64,000 nucleotides of DNA from Squalus acanthias (GCA_030390025.1 CM059431.1:108254001-108318000); one strand, 5' to 3'. Shown: positions 1-14,092, counted from the first letter of the stretch. Program-made: numbers and translations. Notes: generated by a model not told the origin, from the letters alone.

Positions 1-298
1 CAGCCAGGGCTCCTAATGTGGATTGCTGTCCAATGATCAGGTTTAGAATGTGTGCCTGTGTGAATGTTAAAAAATGAGAAGTCGCACAACACCAGGTTAT
101 AGTCCAACAGATTTGAATGTTGGCTGAGGACAGGAAAAGACTCAGCTGTGAGAGCCTGCCAACACTCAAAATATAGGCTCATACCTGAAGAATGATAAAT
201 TGGACAAGATATCGGGGAGCTCCAGAGAACTGTACCTCAAGTGTACCACTTTCAGGAGTAGAGGAAAGAATGTGGGGAAAATGGTCCTAAAACCCAAG

Positions 299-1194
299 GG
301 GGGAAAAATTAGGTCGCGCCCCATTTGGGGCGCAAATATCATTTGGACGCAAATATTAGCGCCTGCCGCTAATTCATCGGCACTGACTGGAAACTTCACT
401 TTTACCGCCCCGGGAGGTGATTGCAGCGCTAAATCAGGCGCTGCACACCTGTCTTAAGGCGCAAAGGCCAAGGAGTGAGGCGCTACCTCAGAGCGCTGGC
501 GAAGCTCATGTAATGTCAGTCAGCAATGGAACACACACACAATGGCACGGGCCAGTTCTTAAAGGGGATGGTTAATCTTGCTTTCCATCCACATCCTGTT
601 CATTGCAGCCTTGAATCTCGGCCTGGAGAGACTTGCACATCAAATGTGCTGGAAAGAACAATGGAGAGTACCAGGCAAAGAGCTCAGAGTGCAGCTCCCA
701 CAGTCTCTGCTAAATCGATACAAGGAATGGCAAATCAAAATGAACCTGCAAAGTGCTGCTCAGTACCCAAAACTCCTTCACACAACGTTGAATCTCTCCA
801 GAAGTCTCTCCCTCTCTCTCTCAGAATGCGTAGTTCAAAAATGCCACCAACAATAAAAGACAGGAAGAGGCCCCCTTTAAATAGCGCCCCCCCCCCAGCC
901 CCACAGCGATTGATAGCGTTCCAGTCTTCTGGTCGTTGGATGCGCCAGGCGGTAAGGCAGGGGGTGCCACTCAATTTCCGCTCCGGGGCGCCACAAGGGC
1001 GTTGCACCATGGAATGACGTCACAATCTGTGCGCGCAGGTGGTCGCAGCGGTAAAGTTTAGCGCCGCCGCACAATCTCTAGTTAAGTTCCCGAGCGGTGC
1101 AAACATCGCTGCGCCCGGGCGTTAGCGGCTTTGCGTCCCATTAGCGCCCTCTTAAGGCGCTAACGGGAGGCGCAACCAACTGAATTTTTACCCC
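299..1194. mobile_element. Non-autonomous TIR element (PIF/Harbinger-like MITE)
   Basis: Left end GGGGGAAAAATT matches reverse complement of right end (GGGGTAAAAATT); AAG flanks both sides (296-298, 1195-1197); GC-rich palindromic subterminal arms; no transposase ORF. Confidence 0.65.
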
Positions 1195-2459
1195 AAGGTG
1201 TCCAAATAAAGTTAGTCTACGTTGATCGTGGCTTATATTTTTACACATTGAATGATGAGACATGATGGATAATATTCAAAATAATTTACCATAATGTAAA
1301 GACATGATGGCCATTTTGTTCTCAAGGCTGAAAAGCACAGTAATGTCCCCCCCTGCTGCAGTCAGTAACTTTCCTTTGGTAGAAAGCGTCACCCTTATTC
1401 ATTCTCTGTAGGTCTTTACTATGGGATACATTCACCCTTCCTACCCTGTTAGGACATTCCTGTCGTTTTCTGTATTTATTAAACTTTGTCAGTTTATGGG
1501 CTGTTTTATCCCAGACACACTGGTTGTAAAATAACATTTGTAGAGCACATACATTCCTCTTTTCTTTTAATGCATTGCTTCACTCAGTATCAGCTCATCT
1601 CTCTTGAGAGATGTTTGACAAATTAGTGCGTTCCAACATATTATTTTCCTAAATTTATCACCAGTCACTCTCGTTTCCTGATCAAGTAAGTTTTCCAATT
1701 GTTAAGGTATGCAATTTGCATGCTTACATTTTACATTTCATTGGATGCCTTGACTTATCATCCGCATTAAGCAATTATGGAAAAGCATAGAATGCTGCAT
1801 TCTAATGTTTGATTAGTAAGCAGGCACAGTTTTTTTCAGTCCAACTATACTTAAGGGGTGATATTAACCCCACCAATCCCAAAGGCTGAAATTTTAACCG
1901 GAGCAGGCAAGAAGGAAAATGGTGGGGTTTCTTCTTTAAATACTGAAATCTGGCTCTGATGATGTAATCGGAGCCTGACTGCCATTTTAACCTTGGACCA
2001 GGGGAGGTTGCCGAATGTCGCTTTCCCGCAAGGCTAATCTAGCACAGAGTCCGGGCTGGAAGAGGCCGAAAAAGGCAAGTATTTTTTTTTTTTAAACTTT
2101 CCTTGTGGGGCCTGGAAGAGCAGGAGTGATCCAGTGGGCCCCACAAGGAAACTTTAGGCCTCCCCCAGCCCACCCCGATCGGTTTACTGGATGTCTATTT
2201 TATGAAGAAACTGCAGGCTTGTTAAATTGTCTGCTTTTCTTTGTTGCTGGGATTTATTTCACTGATGATTAATGTACAGCTGCTACTGCTAGAAATGATG
2301 CATTGGAAGATTCCAAAAGGTGGTGTCCAAAAAAGAATACAATGAGAGAATAGTCATCCTCTATCATCGAGGAAGCATCAATGGGATGTTCCATTCTCTA
2401 CCTCTTACAGCAGAGGTCCATTTCCCCAATGATGTGTGGTTAGTTTTGAACGCAATAAT

Positions 2460-3658
2460 GGGCCAAAAATTCGTCACTTGCCGGGTGAGTACGCGCTGTG
2501 TACTCACCCGTAAGGCCTCCTGAAGTGTCGGTTTCCTGCATGCACTGCGCATGCGCGGGAAACCGGAACTTCCAGTCTCGTGAAGGGAGCGGTTCAGTGG
2601 TGAACCGCCTGCGTGGTAGAGGCTGCGCGCACGCAGCGAACTTAGATTTTTTTTCAGGTTTCTCCGGGAAGATAAGTATGGAAGAAGTTGCACTTTTAAA
2701 AAGGAGGCGCAGGACCCGTTTTTAACAAGGTAAGTGGTTAATTAATTACAATTTAAAAAAATTTTCAACAGGTTTATCTTTTTTAGATACTTTAAAGAAA
2801 GGTAAGTTTATTTTTAGTACTATTAAAAAGTATTTTAATTTTTTCAAAAATTTAAATTTTTGTTTAAAGTAGTTAATTTATTTAACTTATAGTTATTTTA
2901 AAAATGTGATGGTTTTTAAAAAAAAATTATTTGAAGTTTAGCTGTTGTTTTGGGGCCGATTTCAATTCATAGATTTGACAGTTCCTGTCAAATCTATGAA
3001 TGAAAGATGGTCTGCTGCCATTGGCTCTCCATGGGCAACACGGTGGCATAGTGGTTAGCACTGGTGCCTCACAGCGCCAGAGACCCGGGTTCGAATCTGA
3101 CCTCGGGTGACTGTCTGTGTGGAGTTTGCACATTCTCCCCGTGTCTGCGTGGGTTTCCTCCGGGTGCTCCGGTTTCCTCCCACAGTCCAAAAATGTGTGG
3201 GTTAGGTTGATTTGGCTATGATAAATTGACCCTTAGTGTTAGGGGGGATTAAATATGTGGGGTTATGGGGATAGGATGGGATATGTTAGGGGGAATTAAA
3301 TACGTGGGGTTACGGGGGTCGGGTGGGATATGTGTACTGTGGGGATTAAAGCAGGGACAGGGTACTGGATTTGGATGATCAGCCATGATCGTATTGAATG
3401 GCGGAGCAGGCTCGACGGGCCGAATGGCCTACTCCTGCTCCTAGATTCTATGTTTCTATGTTTCTATGGCCCACGTGATCCCAGGGGATGCATCGCACTA
3501 ACTACGCCCCTGGGATACACAAGCACTGCGCGCCAGCAGCTGCAGGAGGCCCAGGAGCTGAAGTCCCCGTGGGCCCAGAGGTCAACGGCAGGCGCGGTAG
3601 GTAGGTGCGCGCGGGATCCTTGCACCCGCGGGAAGCCAGGGAGCCTAATTTCTGGGCC
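2460..3658. mobile_element. MITE family A copy, interrupted by a V-SINE
   Basis: Homologous in inverted orientation to 6772-7535; termini GGGCCAAAAATT...AATTTCTGGGCC; flanks AAT/AGT. Confidence 0.75.
3033..3467 (+). mobile_element. tRNA-derived V-SINE (HE1-like) with CR1-type tail
   Basis: A box TGGCATAGTGG, B box GGTTCGAATC, V-domain-like GTGTGGAGTTTGCACATTCTCCCCGTGTCTGCGTGGGTTTCCTCCGGGTGCTCCGG, 3' tail shared with CR1 fragments in this window, ending in (TTCTATGT)n. Confidence 0.85.
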
Positions 3659-4938
3659 AGTGTGTTTGACACTGCAACTGACTGACACGAACCCCCCCAG
3701 CCCCACAATCACCTTGTCCGGTCCTGCAACTGGAAAGAATGGAGGATGTGCCAACATTTAAGCTCACTTTGTTTGATAAATGCTTTGAAGCTGATGATAG
3801 ACAGATGCTAAGTGATCAAGAACAAGCAGTTTAGGAGATCCTTACCCACAGATTGCATTCACCAGTCAAAACTTGATAAATGCAGCACTAGCGCTCCAAG
3901 AAACAGTCGGCTTGGATAAGGATTTCTGTTAACTATAGATAAAACCCGACAACTCGCAAATCTTTCTACACCAGTCCATTCAATCTACACCAGTCCATTC
4001 AATCTACCAGTCAGCAATTCAATCTCAAGCAAAGGAACAGAACACTTAGTTTTGCACCAATGAGAATAGACTTCTAACATGTATTTCTGTTTCAAAATAA
4101 AACTTGGCAGTCGATTGATTTTGTTGAGCATATCGACCATTGGAAAAAAAACATGTACGTGGGAAAGATTTCAACTTGGCTCAGACATTTGTCGTTTTAA
4201 TTGTTGTGCTTGGATAGGAATTCTATAAAATAGGAGGGAATAAAAGTGGTTTGGCACCTTAATAATAATGCTTCAATAAAGTTACATGTCTATGTTCAAG
4301 ATGACTGTACCAGACAGACAGGTCAGGCGTGCAATGCTGCTATAAGATTATCGAGGTCTTATTCTCACTATTGTGTCTCCTGTTTGTGATATTGACTGCT
4401 CACATATATATCACTGTCAATCATTCACTTCACTTGATTTCTCACTCTCCCTTGGTTAACACTTTCAATATCAGATCACCATGGCTGGATACGGAGAAAA
4501 CACTGGAACCAAATAAGGTGGAAAAAGTCATCACATTTTGAGAACCTTTTTGGAATTCAGGCATGTTCAAACTTGGAAGAAAAAAAAGTAATTTTAAGGA
4601 GCCAATGTCGCATTTGTCGCAGATTTCAAATGGGAGGATTTTTTAATGCATCCCCCAGGCAATGTGATTTTTGATTATGTCCAGGAAATTTCTTATTCTG
4701 ACCTACAGTTACATCAATAATAAACATGTCACATTATATAATTTGTTTTTCTGCATCTAGTATGATGTTCCCAACCCCGCCACGCCCACCCCCCACCCAC
4801 CCCACCATGTTGTCTGAAGGCAACCTGTATCTATATTATTGGTTGGGTCAATTCAATTGACCCAACTTAGCTCTAATAGGCAAGCAATTAATGGCTCATT
4901 TCCACATACATGAGTTGGTGGAAGGCACTCAGTTTAAT

Positions 4939-5678
4939 TCATAGAATCATAACAGCACAGAAGGAGGCCATTCAGCTCGTGCCAGCTCTCTGCGAGAGCA
5001 CTTCAGCTAGTCCCACGCCCCCACCCTTTCCCCGTAGCCCTGCAAATGTTTTTCCTTCAGGTACTTATCCAACTCCCTTTTGAAAGCCACAATTAAACCT
5101 GCCTCCACCACCCTCTCAGGCAGTGAATTCTAGATCATAACCACTCGCTGCATAAAAAAGTTTTTCCTCATGTCGCCTTTGGTTCTTCTGCCAATCACCT
5201 TAAATCTGTGTCCTCTGGTTCTGGACCCTTCTGCTAATGGGAACAGTTTCTCTCTATTTATTCTGTTTAGACCCCTCATGATTTTGAACACCTCTATCAA
5301 ATCTCCTCTCAACCTTCACTGCTCTAAGGAGAACAACCCCAGCTTCTCCAGTCTATCCATGTAACTGAAGTCTCTCATCCCTGGAACCATTCTTGTAAAT
5401 CTTTTCTGCACCCTCTCCAAGGCCTTCACATCCTTCCTAAAGTGCGGTGCCCAGAATTGGACACAATACTCCAGTAGAGGCCGAACCAGTGTTTTATAAG
5501 GGTTCATCATAACTTCCTTGCTTTTGTACTCTATGCCTCGATTTATGAAACCCAGGATCCTGTATGCTTTTTTAACCGCTTTCTCAACCTGCCCTGCCAC
5601 CTTCAACAATTTGTGCACATATACCCCCAGGTCTCTCTGTTCATGCACCCCCTTTAGAATTGTACCCTTTAGTTTATA
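4939..5678 (-). mobile_element. CR1-clade LINE 3' fragment
   Basis: Minus ORFs encode the CR1 ORF2 C-terminus (RDLGVYVH, LVRPLLEYCVQFWAP, RGDLIEVFKIM) followed by 3' UTR and ATAGAATC-type tail. Confidence 0.9.
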
Positions 5679-5944
5679 AATGGAAGAGGCTGGGCTGACA
5701 ACTGCAGCAGGAGCAGAGTTAAATGGTTTAATCGGGAAGAGGGTGTAGGATGGGAATGGGAAATGCAAAATGGGAAAAGAAGTCACTGCACTCTCATTGG
5801 CACCTGTTCCATGAAATCTTTGAAGGAATTGGAATGTGCCTTCGGGAAATCTCCTTGGAGATAGGCAAGATATACATGTGGTACGTATTAATTTTTAGTT
5901 CTCTCTCACATGCATGCAGTCCTCTGATAAAGAAGCAGCTCATG

Positions 5945-6645
5945 CCAACCTACAGCAACATTTGGATAACATCTAAGCTTAGGCTCACGTGGCTGGTAGC
6001 TGTCACACTCATTAAGTACCGGATAATGATCACCTCCAACAAGAGAAAGCCCAGACATCTCCCCATGGCTTTCAACAGTACCAACATTACGGAGACCCCC
6101 ATCTAGAAGTCATCATTGACCAGAAGCTTAAATAGACCCACCATAGGTGCAATAACAGGGCAGAGATTGGGTACTGTGCAAAAGGTGGTTTTCTTCCTCA
6201 CCCTTCAAAACCTCACCATCAACAAGCCTCAAGTCAGGAGTGTTTTGGAATGCACACCACTCACATGGATGGGTACAGCTGTTTCAACACACAACATCCA
6301 GGACACAGCACTTCATTTGATTGGCCCCATGCTATGCTACTCAATATCTACTCCTCCCACAACGTTGCACTATGGCTGCAGTATGTAGGACGCACTGCAG
6401 CAACTCACCAAGGTTATCTCGGCCATTGACAAGGAAAAGAGCACCAGTGCTGTGGGACCACCACGAACTCCAAGCTGCCTTCCAAGTCACATATCATCCT
6501 GACTTAGACATACATCATTGGATCAATTTCCTGGCATACCCTACCGAACACCATCACCACACAGAATGCAGCAGTTCAAGAGGGATGTCTACCACCACCA
6601 CCTTCTTGCAGCCTTGCCAACATCACGCACATCCCAAGAAACAAA
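5945..6645 (+). mobile_element. Degraded LINE 3' fragment (second CR1/Jockey-group family)
   Basis: Translates to QVRSVLECTPLTWM-like RT C-terminus; homologous to 49086-49680. Confidence 0.6.
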
Positions 6646-6771
6646 GTTTAAAAAAAAATTGTACGCAAAGTAATCCAGTTCTTGGAACCCAGCTTACAGT
6701 ATGATAGACCAGCACTTAAATATGGATCACCAAATCTTTTGAAGTTAAGTGCGGTATTATACAAGGATAAT

Positions 6772-7535
6772 GGGACAGAAATTCAGCTTTCAGGCTTCCT
6801 GCGGGTGCAAGCATGGTGCGCGTACTTGCCCACCGCACCTGCAGTTATGCTTTGGGCCCATGAGGACTTCGGGTCCTGGGCCTCCTCCAGCTGCCGGCGC
6901 GCAGTGCTTGTGTATCCCAGGGGCGCAGTTAGTTCGAAGCGTCCCCTGGGATCACGTGGCCCATGGAGAGCCAATCCTAGCAGGGCATTTTCATTCATAG
7001 ATTTGACAGGAAGACCTGTCAAATCTATGAATAAAGATCGGCCCCAAAACCACACTTAAACTTCAAATAATTTTTTTTTTTTTAAAGTCACATTTTTAAA
7101 ATAATTATAAGTTAAATAAATTAACTACTTTAAACAAAAATGTAAATTTTTGAAAAAATTATTATACTTTTTAACGGTGCTAAAAATAAACTTACCCTTC
7201 TTTAAAGTATCTAAAAAAGATAAACCTGTTGAAAAAATTTTAAAATTGTAATTAATTAACCACTTACCTTGTTAAAAACAGCCTTGCACCTCCTTTTTAA
7301 AAGCGCGGCTTCTTCATACTTACCTTCCCGGAGAAACCTGAAAAAAAACTGAAGTTCGCTGCATGCGCGCAGCCTCTCCCGCGCATGCGGTTCACCTCTG
7401 AACCCCTCCCTTCAGGGGAACGGAAGTTCCGGTTTCCCGCGCATGTGCAGTGCATGCAGGAAACCGTCACTTCAGGTGGCCTTACGGGTGAGTACACAGC
7501 GCGTACTCACCTGGCAACAGCCGAATTTCTGGCCC
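6772..7535. mobile_element. MITE family A copy
   Basis: TIRs GGGACAGAAATTC / GAATTTCTGGCCC; AAT duplicated at 6769-6771 and 7536-7538; AT-rich core and internal palindromes. Confidence 0.8.
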
Positions 7536-8066
7536 AATGTGTCAGTGAAGGTTATGTTAAATAAACTTTTTGATTCCTATAAATGTGTGCTGGAATTCTC
7601 TACCCAACACCATCATCACACGGACTGCAGCAGTTCAAGAGTAATGTCCATCATCACCTTCTCGGGATAAGTAGGATGAGCATGGAGTGTTCCACACTCC
7701 ATCCAAAACAAGGGAAGGGTTATGGTGAACAAAAGAATGGTAAATATTTAATGTGACCCTACATTAAATTTTGATTTGATTTATCTGCTTTTGACTTATT
7801 TCTAGCTCCTTAAAACATTTGAATGGTTTGTATTAATATTCTTGCTTTAGCCGTGATGTTCTACAGTCAGTCAATTTGTGCAAGAGAACTGTCCCACTGA
7901 AGCAAGACGGTTAACATGAAACTCTCTTGGAGGGTTGAATGGATCCTGCACTGCCCTGCTCCTTCTCCTGAAAGAATTCTACAGAAAAACATTTCGGGAG
8001 TTGGCAGATTATACTTACAGAATAGCAGCTGAGAGACTAAAGTAGGTTATTGGAAGGCAGCAATAT

Positions 8067-8776
8067 GGGATGCAGTTTCCATTTTGTGCGCAATTGCGGA
8101 TTTCGGCCAAAATTGCTCCCGTTTTTTTCTCCCGCCGGAGTTTCCGCTCAAACTCATTTGCATATTGCCAAACGCAAAATCAGCCAGGAGCCAGCTCAAT
8201 CGGGCAAGGTTTTAAAATGCAATTTCCTTCATATATTTAAAAGTGGCAACGTGGTGAAGTTTGATTAAAACAGCTGAAAATAGGTTTATCACAAAACATA
8301 AGCATTTTGACTCACAGTGCCAATCCACCATCTCTGAGTAACCCCATTTTAAATCAGTGAAATTCACTTTAAAAGATATATAAAACTATTTTCTAGTTAG
8401 ATTGGGGTACATTAGTCAGTTTCTCAGTAAATTAAAACCAGAATCACATTTAAAAGCTTCTGAAACGTACCGTTTAGTGTCCTTGCGCCCAAAAGAACCA
8501 GCTTCATTATTATAGCCTCCCTGAATGCCTGCAAATGAACGGCATTAGCGGAAACGCACCATGGTGATTAATTCACCCTAGGGGCGTGGCCAGTTTTGTG
8601 GGCAGAGCCTGCTTCTCGCGCGATGTTTGTAAACTAGCGCAAAAAGATCGCGGAAACTTGAGTTGCGCTGAATTCAAACTGCGCTAAAAATTCCGCGATC
8701 TTTTGCACTGGTTATGCCGGTTTCGGCCGAATTGCACAGAAAGAAAACCAGCGCAAGTGAGCAGAAACTCCAGGCC
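8067..8776. mobile_element. MITE (family C)
   Basis: Imperfect TIRs GGGATGCAGTTTC / GAAACTCCAGGCC; TAT duplicated at 8064-8066 and 8777-8779. Confidence 0.6.
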
Positions 8777-10102
8777 TATTGCACATCTCCATTTATTTAG
8801 ACATTAAGACACCAAAGGTAAAGAACATGATATACAGCATGGATCAGTGTGCATAAAACATGAGTGATCAAAGTTGAAAATAGGAAAGCTTCCTACATCC
8901 CGACAAGAGTTGTGACTCAATGACTGGTTCATATGAAAAAATCAGAAAGATTTACGGACTTGATATTAAGAGTAAACAAATTTGGGTGCTACTTTACCAC
9001 TAGATTGGATGCTTTAATACAAATGAGTGTTATTGAAAAACAATGTATGTCACTTTTCTGATATGTCTTTTCCCTTCTCTGTTGCTAGTGTACTACTGTC
9101 ACCATCCATTTTTGAGCACACCATTCAAGTGTCTAGTCTTCATTTCTGAGCCTAAGGCAGTAACTGTAGGACAGAATGCAACTGTTGGGAAGGGAATTAT
9201 GGCCAAACCTAGTCTTGTCTTCACCTAATGTTCACACACATGCACTTTCCAGAAGAGGTCACTGCATAGCGATCAGGAGCAAGAACACTGGCTGATTTTC
9301 CCCCCTCCCCTCCCAAATGCTTGGTAAAACCATTGTCTAATTTAAAACAACAAAGACAAAGTATTTCCAAACTAGTCATTGCATTCCATTTCTGTGGGAG
9401 CTTGCTGTGTGCAAATTGGCTGCCGCATTTCCTACCTTACAACAGCAACTACATTTAAAAAGTACTTTATTGGCTTGAGGTCATGAAAGGCACTTCATAA
9501 ATACAAGTCTATTTTTTTTAAGTTTGTTTGAATACCCTCTTGCATTATTCAACATCCAGTTGCATTGCCAAACATTTTCATCGGAGAAGATTAAAGATGA
9601 TTGCTGTTGCCCCTGGTTGGTTCTTCGAGTCTTCTGCGTTGCCTCTCTAATGATTTAGCTATTCCATCAGTCAAAATAAGCAACAGTAATTGGTATTAGG
9701 TTAGACAGAGGAAGGCATATTCAAACAAATGAATCAGCAAATACACCAGAAATTTCCCCAAACCGCAGATAAAACATGTGAAACAGATATCCTGGTTAAA
9801 AGAAACAGGGTCGAAAAAATGAAGCCAGGGATCGTTTTTGCTGCAAAGCACATTACCATTATTATAATGTCAAGTGAATCATTCCTTTTCAGTTTCATGA
9901 CATCTAGGTAATAAAAACAACAAATCATAAAGCAGTATTCCCTATCTGGAGCTTATTATTTCTCATAATTAAGAAATAAAGATCAGTTACAACTAATGCG
10001 GAATCATAGCGCAAGATGGCTGATAAAGATGTAAACATGGCAAGAAATGGATTGTTACTAAAGATCGCATCGAAGGAATCAGAATCAACTGTGACATGTT
10101 CT

Positions 10103-10474
10103 GTATACAAGATTCTGAAGGGGATTGACAGGGTAGATGCTGAGAGGTTGTTTCCCCTGTCTGGGGTGTCTAGAACTAGGGGGCATAGTCTCAGGATAAG
10201 GGGTTGGCCATTTAAGACCGAGATGAGGAGGAATTTCTTCACTCAGAGGGTTGTGAATCTTTGGAATTCTCTGCCCCAGAGGGCTGTGGATGCTCAGTCG
10301 TTGCGTATATTCAAGGCTGAGAGCAAAAGATTTTTGGACTCATGGGGAAACAAGGGATATGGAGATCAGGCGTTAAAGTGGAGTTGAGGTCGATGATCAG
10401 CCACGATCTTATTGAATGGCGGAGCAGGCTCAAAGGGCTGTATGGTCTACTCATGTTCCTAATTCTTATGTTAT
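10103..10474 (+). mobile_element. CR1 LINE 3' end
   Basis: YKILKGIDRVDAERLFPL...RRNFFTQRVVNLWNSLP plus CR1 3' UTR. Confidence 0.9.
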
Positions 10475-10810
10475 GTCCTACTTCAGAGAAAAAAAACAAA
10501 AATATGCAACTGCACATTGTCCATGGATTCCAGGTGTCAAATTGAAGGTCTTTTGCTTGCCATGTTCATCAAGTAACAGGAGAAATTTCTACGGTGAAAA
10601 AGTTGCTGTTCCGAATTGTGATTTTTGCCCTTCTGTTGTTAAATCAATTCTGCTTATAATGGATGTTCTTTTTAACCAGCAAGGGGATAACGCAGCCAGC
10701 AAACATATGCCAACCGAGTGACTGAAGCACTCCCACTCCCCTGTGTTCCCTCCTACCCACCCACTCAGATTTGCAGTAGTTTCACTTGCATGCACCTTTA
10801 TGTACTTGCA

Positions 10811-11790
10811 AGCCTCGACTATTCAAATGCTCTACTGGCTGGCCTCCCACCTCACACCCTCGGTAAACTTTCAAAACTCTGCTGTCCGTATCCTCACTCG
10901 CACCAAGTCCCATTCACCCATCACCTGCTGTACTCGCTGACCTACATTGGCTCCCGTTCTGGCAACGCCTCAATTTATAAAAATTCTCATCCTTGTTATC
11001 AAATCCCTCCATGGCCTCGCCTCGCTTCTCCCTATCTCTGTAATCTCCTCCAAGCCTACGAGATCTCTGCACTCCTCCAATTCTGGCCTCTTGTGCATCC
11101 CCGATTTAAATCGCTCCACCACTAGTGGCCGTGCCTTCAGCTACCTAAGCCCCAAGCTCCTGAAGTCCCTCTCTAAACCTCTCCACTTCACAACCTCTCT
11201 CTCCTCCTTCAAAACACTCCTTAAAACATACCTCTTTGACCAAGCTTTTAAAGAAAGACTTGCATTTATATAGCGCCTTTCGCGACCACCGGACGTCTCA
11301 AAGCGATTTACAACCAATGAAGTACTTTTGGAGTGTAGTCACTGTTGTAATGTAGGAAACGCGGCAGCCAATTTGCACACAGCAAGTTCCCACAAACAGC
11401 AACGTGATAATGACCAGATAATCTGTTTTTGTTATGTCGGTTGATGCTCTTCTTTAAAATAGTGCCATGGGATCTTTTACATCCACCTGAGAGAGCAGGT
11501 TTAACGTCTCATCCGAAAGACGGCACCTCAGACAGTGCAGCACTCCCTCAGCACTGCACTGGAGTGTCAGCCTAGCTTTATGTACTCAAGTTCCTAGAGT
11601 GGGACTTGAACCCACGATCTTCTGACTCAAAGGCGAGTGTGCTACCAACTGAGCCACAGCTGACATAGTCACCTGTCCTAATATTTCCTCATGTGGCTCA
11701 GTGTCAAATTTTGTTCGATAACACTGCTGTGAAACGCCTTGGGACGTTATACTGTGTTAAAGGCGCTATATAAATGCAAGTTGTTGTTTT
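10811..11790 (+). mobile_element. L2-clade LINE 3' fragment split by a SINE
   Basis: LDYSNALLAGLP, QNSAVRILTRTK, KILILVIKSLHGLA, SLSSFKTLLKTYLF; resumes after 11665 and ends in AAAGGCGCTATATAAATGCAAG tail. Confidence 0.85.
11251..11665 (-). mobile_element. tRNA-derived Deu-domain SINE (SacSINE1/AmnSINE1-like)
   Basis: Minus strand has tRNA head TGGCTCAGTTGGTAGC...GGTTCAAGTCCC, Deu-like core GAGGGAGTGCTGCACTGTC..GAGGTGCCGTCTTTCGGATGAGACGTTAAACC and an L2-like tail. Confidence 0.8.
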
Positions 11791-12855
11791 AGTTGTCAGA
11801 TGGAGCTTCTATGGATTGGAAGTGGTTTGGAATAAAAGCGATTAAAAAAATACACACATTCTTGAAAGTGTTTAAAATAAAATAGACTTTGTTTTCCTCC
11901 AGCAATATCACAGCAACTGCATACAGGCGATCAGAAAGAAAACGGTGCAGCCAAAAAAAGTAGGCTACCAACGCTTCAGTCAGTTAAACTGGTGGCCATT
12001 TTTTGGGAGTCTTTGCTGTCATCAATTATCACGCCCCTGCTGTTTAAAGTGGTGTTAAAACAAGGGCAAGGAGATGTGTTTGTACCTCCATCTTATCTTC
12101 CATCAGTGGTAAATGGGTACTGCACTAATGGCTTAATGTCATGAACAGGAGATATGGATATATAGTTCAACTAAAGTAATCTCTGCTGTTCCACTTTGCT
12201 ATATGTTTAACTTCAGGTGTTAGAATTATCATGAGCAACCCCCTTAAAAATTATAGGAACATAAAAAATTAACATCTTTTTGTTTTCTTTCCATATCCAA
12301 TTAAAAAAGAGAGTGTTCATTCAACAAATGTTGACAGTGCAAAGAGGGGTGATTAGGCGACAGAGTCAAAATGTAGGAGGGGAATGAATTAACATGCACA
12401 ACTAATGCTGAGCAATGATTGCATATCCTCTAATGACAACAGCAGAGTGAAAAGGAGTCTTAAAACTCCTTCGGGGCAGCAACTGATAGTCATCACATCA
12501 GTGCTCAGTGTTTACTGCAAGAAAAGGGTTTAAAGGCCAACGGAAACCATGGCTGATTTGTAAAAGGGGTCACGATAATAAGACTCCCTCTTTAAATCAA
12601 CTAGAAACTAATGAAGGGCTCGTGCAAGACACATGGATGTCGAAGTACGAATCTTTTATTCCTTTCAAAAATGAAAGTTAAATTATCTACTCGCTGTCAT
12701 TCATCCAACCAATTTCTCAAGAGATGTCCTCAATCCTCAGAGCATTTCAAGTGAAAGGCTACTCTCTAGTCCTCTCGCACACCTTCAACTCCCCCACTGA
12801 ACTGCTAATGCAGTGGTTGCAAAGCCTAACTGTCATTATATCTCATTATCACGAG

Positions 12856-13230
12856 AATAGAAGATTAAGGGGTGATCTAATTGAGGTATTCAACAAGATT
12901 AAAAGGAGTTGATAGGGTAGATAGAGAGCCCAGAACAAGGGGGCACAACCATGAAATTAGAGCTAGGCCATTCAGGGGTGTTGTCAGGAAGCTTCAGAAA
13001 AAGGGTAGTGGAAATCTGGAACTCTCTCCCCCACCCCCCAAAAACAAACTGTTGAGGCTGGGGTTCAATTGCAAATTTCAAAACTGAGATTGATCGATTA
13101 TTAGGCAAGGGTATTAAGGGTTACAGACACAAGGCGGGTAGATGCAGTTAAGATACAGATCAGCCATGATCTAATTGAATGGCGGAACAGGCTCGAGGGG
13201 CTGATAGGCCGCCTCCTGTTCCTATGTTCC
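12856..13230 (+). mobile_element. CR1 LINE 3' end (degraded)
   Basis: RRLRGDLIEVF, RTRGHN and CR1 3' UTR GATCAGCCATGATCTAATTGAATGGCGG. Confidence 0.8.
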
Positions 13231-13333
13231 TGCTCACAGCCACTATTTTTCTTTTGGAAACATCGAATGTCCCTTGTAACTTGCAAAATTCTCATACTTT
13301 CTCTTGCATGAAGTTTTGTAAAGTTTCAATATT

Positions 13334-14092
13334 GGCCCGTATTTTCCGATGCCTACGGGTGTGTACGAGCTGTGCACACACCCGTAGGGACATCGGAAAT
13401 GCCGGTTTCAGGCATGCAAAGCGCATGCGCTGAAAACCGGCATTTCCGATCTGTCAAGAATGCTCTTGACAGATCGGACGCCTGCCCTGGAGAAGGGCCT
13501 CTGCGGGCGGATAGTTCCGCTTTCTGGAGAACCTCCGCCTGCTGAAATCCCTTAAAAATTTTACGCCTGGTAAAAGCAGTGTAAGGCCTGCTTTTACCAG
13601 CATAAGAGTTAAAAAAGAGTTAAAAATTTTTTTTTCCACTCATTTATAAATTTAAAAATACTTTTCAAAAAGGTACGTTTATTTTTAGCCCCGTAAAAAA
13701 ACTTTAATTATTTTTTTCAAAAAATTAAATTTTTGTTTAAAATATTTAATTTAATGTCATTTTAACTCATTTTAAAAACGTGATGGTTTTTTAAAAATTT
13801 ATTTCATGTTTGTGTCTTTTTGGGGTGATCTCCATTCATATATTTGACAGGTCTATCTGTCAAAAGTATGAAGGGAGATTCCCTTCTCCTATTGGCTGGC
13901 CTGGCCCACATGATCCCAGGGACGCTTGCGAACCGCCTGCGCCCCTGGGATACGTGGGCCCTGCGCATTTCGACTGTGGAGAGGCCCAGGAGCGGAAGTG
14001 TCGGACCTCGGGAGCCCTCAGGTAAGAGCGTAGATTTTTTTCCAATAGGAGGCATCCGCACGCAGGAAACCTCCTATCGGAAATTACGGGCC
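13334..14092. mobile_element. MITE family A-related copy
   Basis: TIR GGCCCGTATTTTCCGAT vs reverse complement GGCCCGTAATTTCCGAT (16/17); ATT duplicated at 13331-13333 and 14093-14095. Confidence 0.85.

Noticed and set aside
526..1017. 163-aa ORF inside the first TIR element as a transposase or Myb-like gene
   Set aside because: No DDE or Myb/SANT motif recognisable; at most a decayed remnant.
3033..3110. tRNA gene candidates (also 11590-11665, 56886-56960, 36040-36110)
   Set aside because: A/B boxes belong to SINE heads running into SINE bodies, or to an LTR stem-loop without a canonical cloverleaf.
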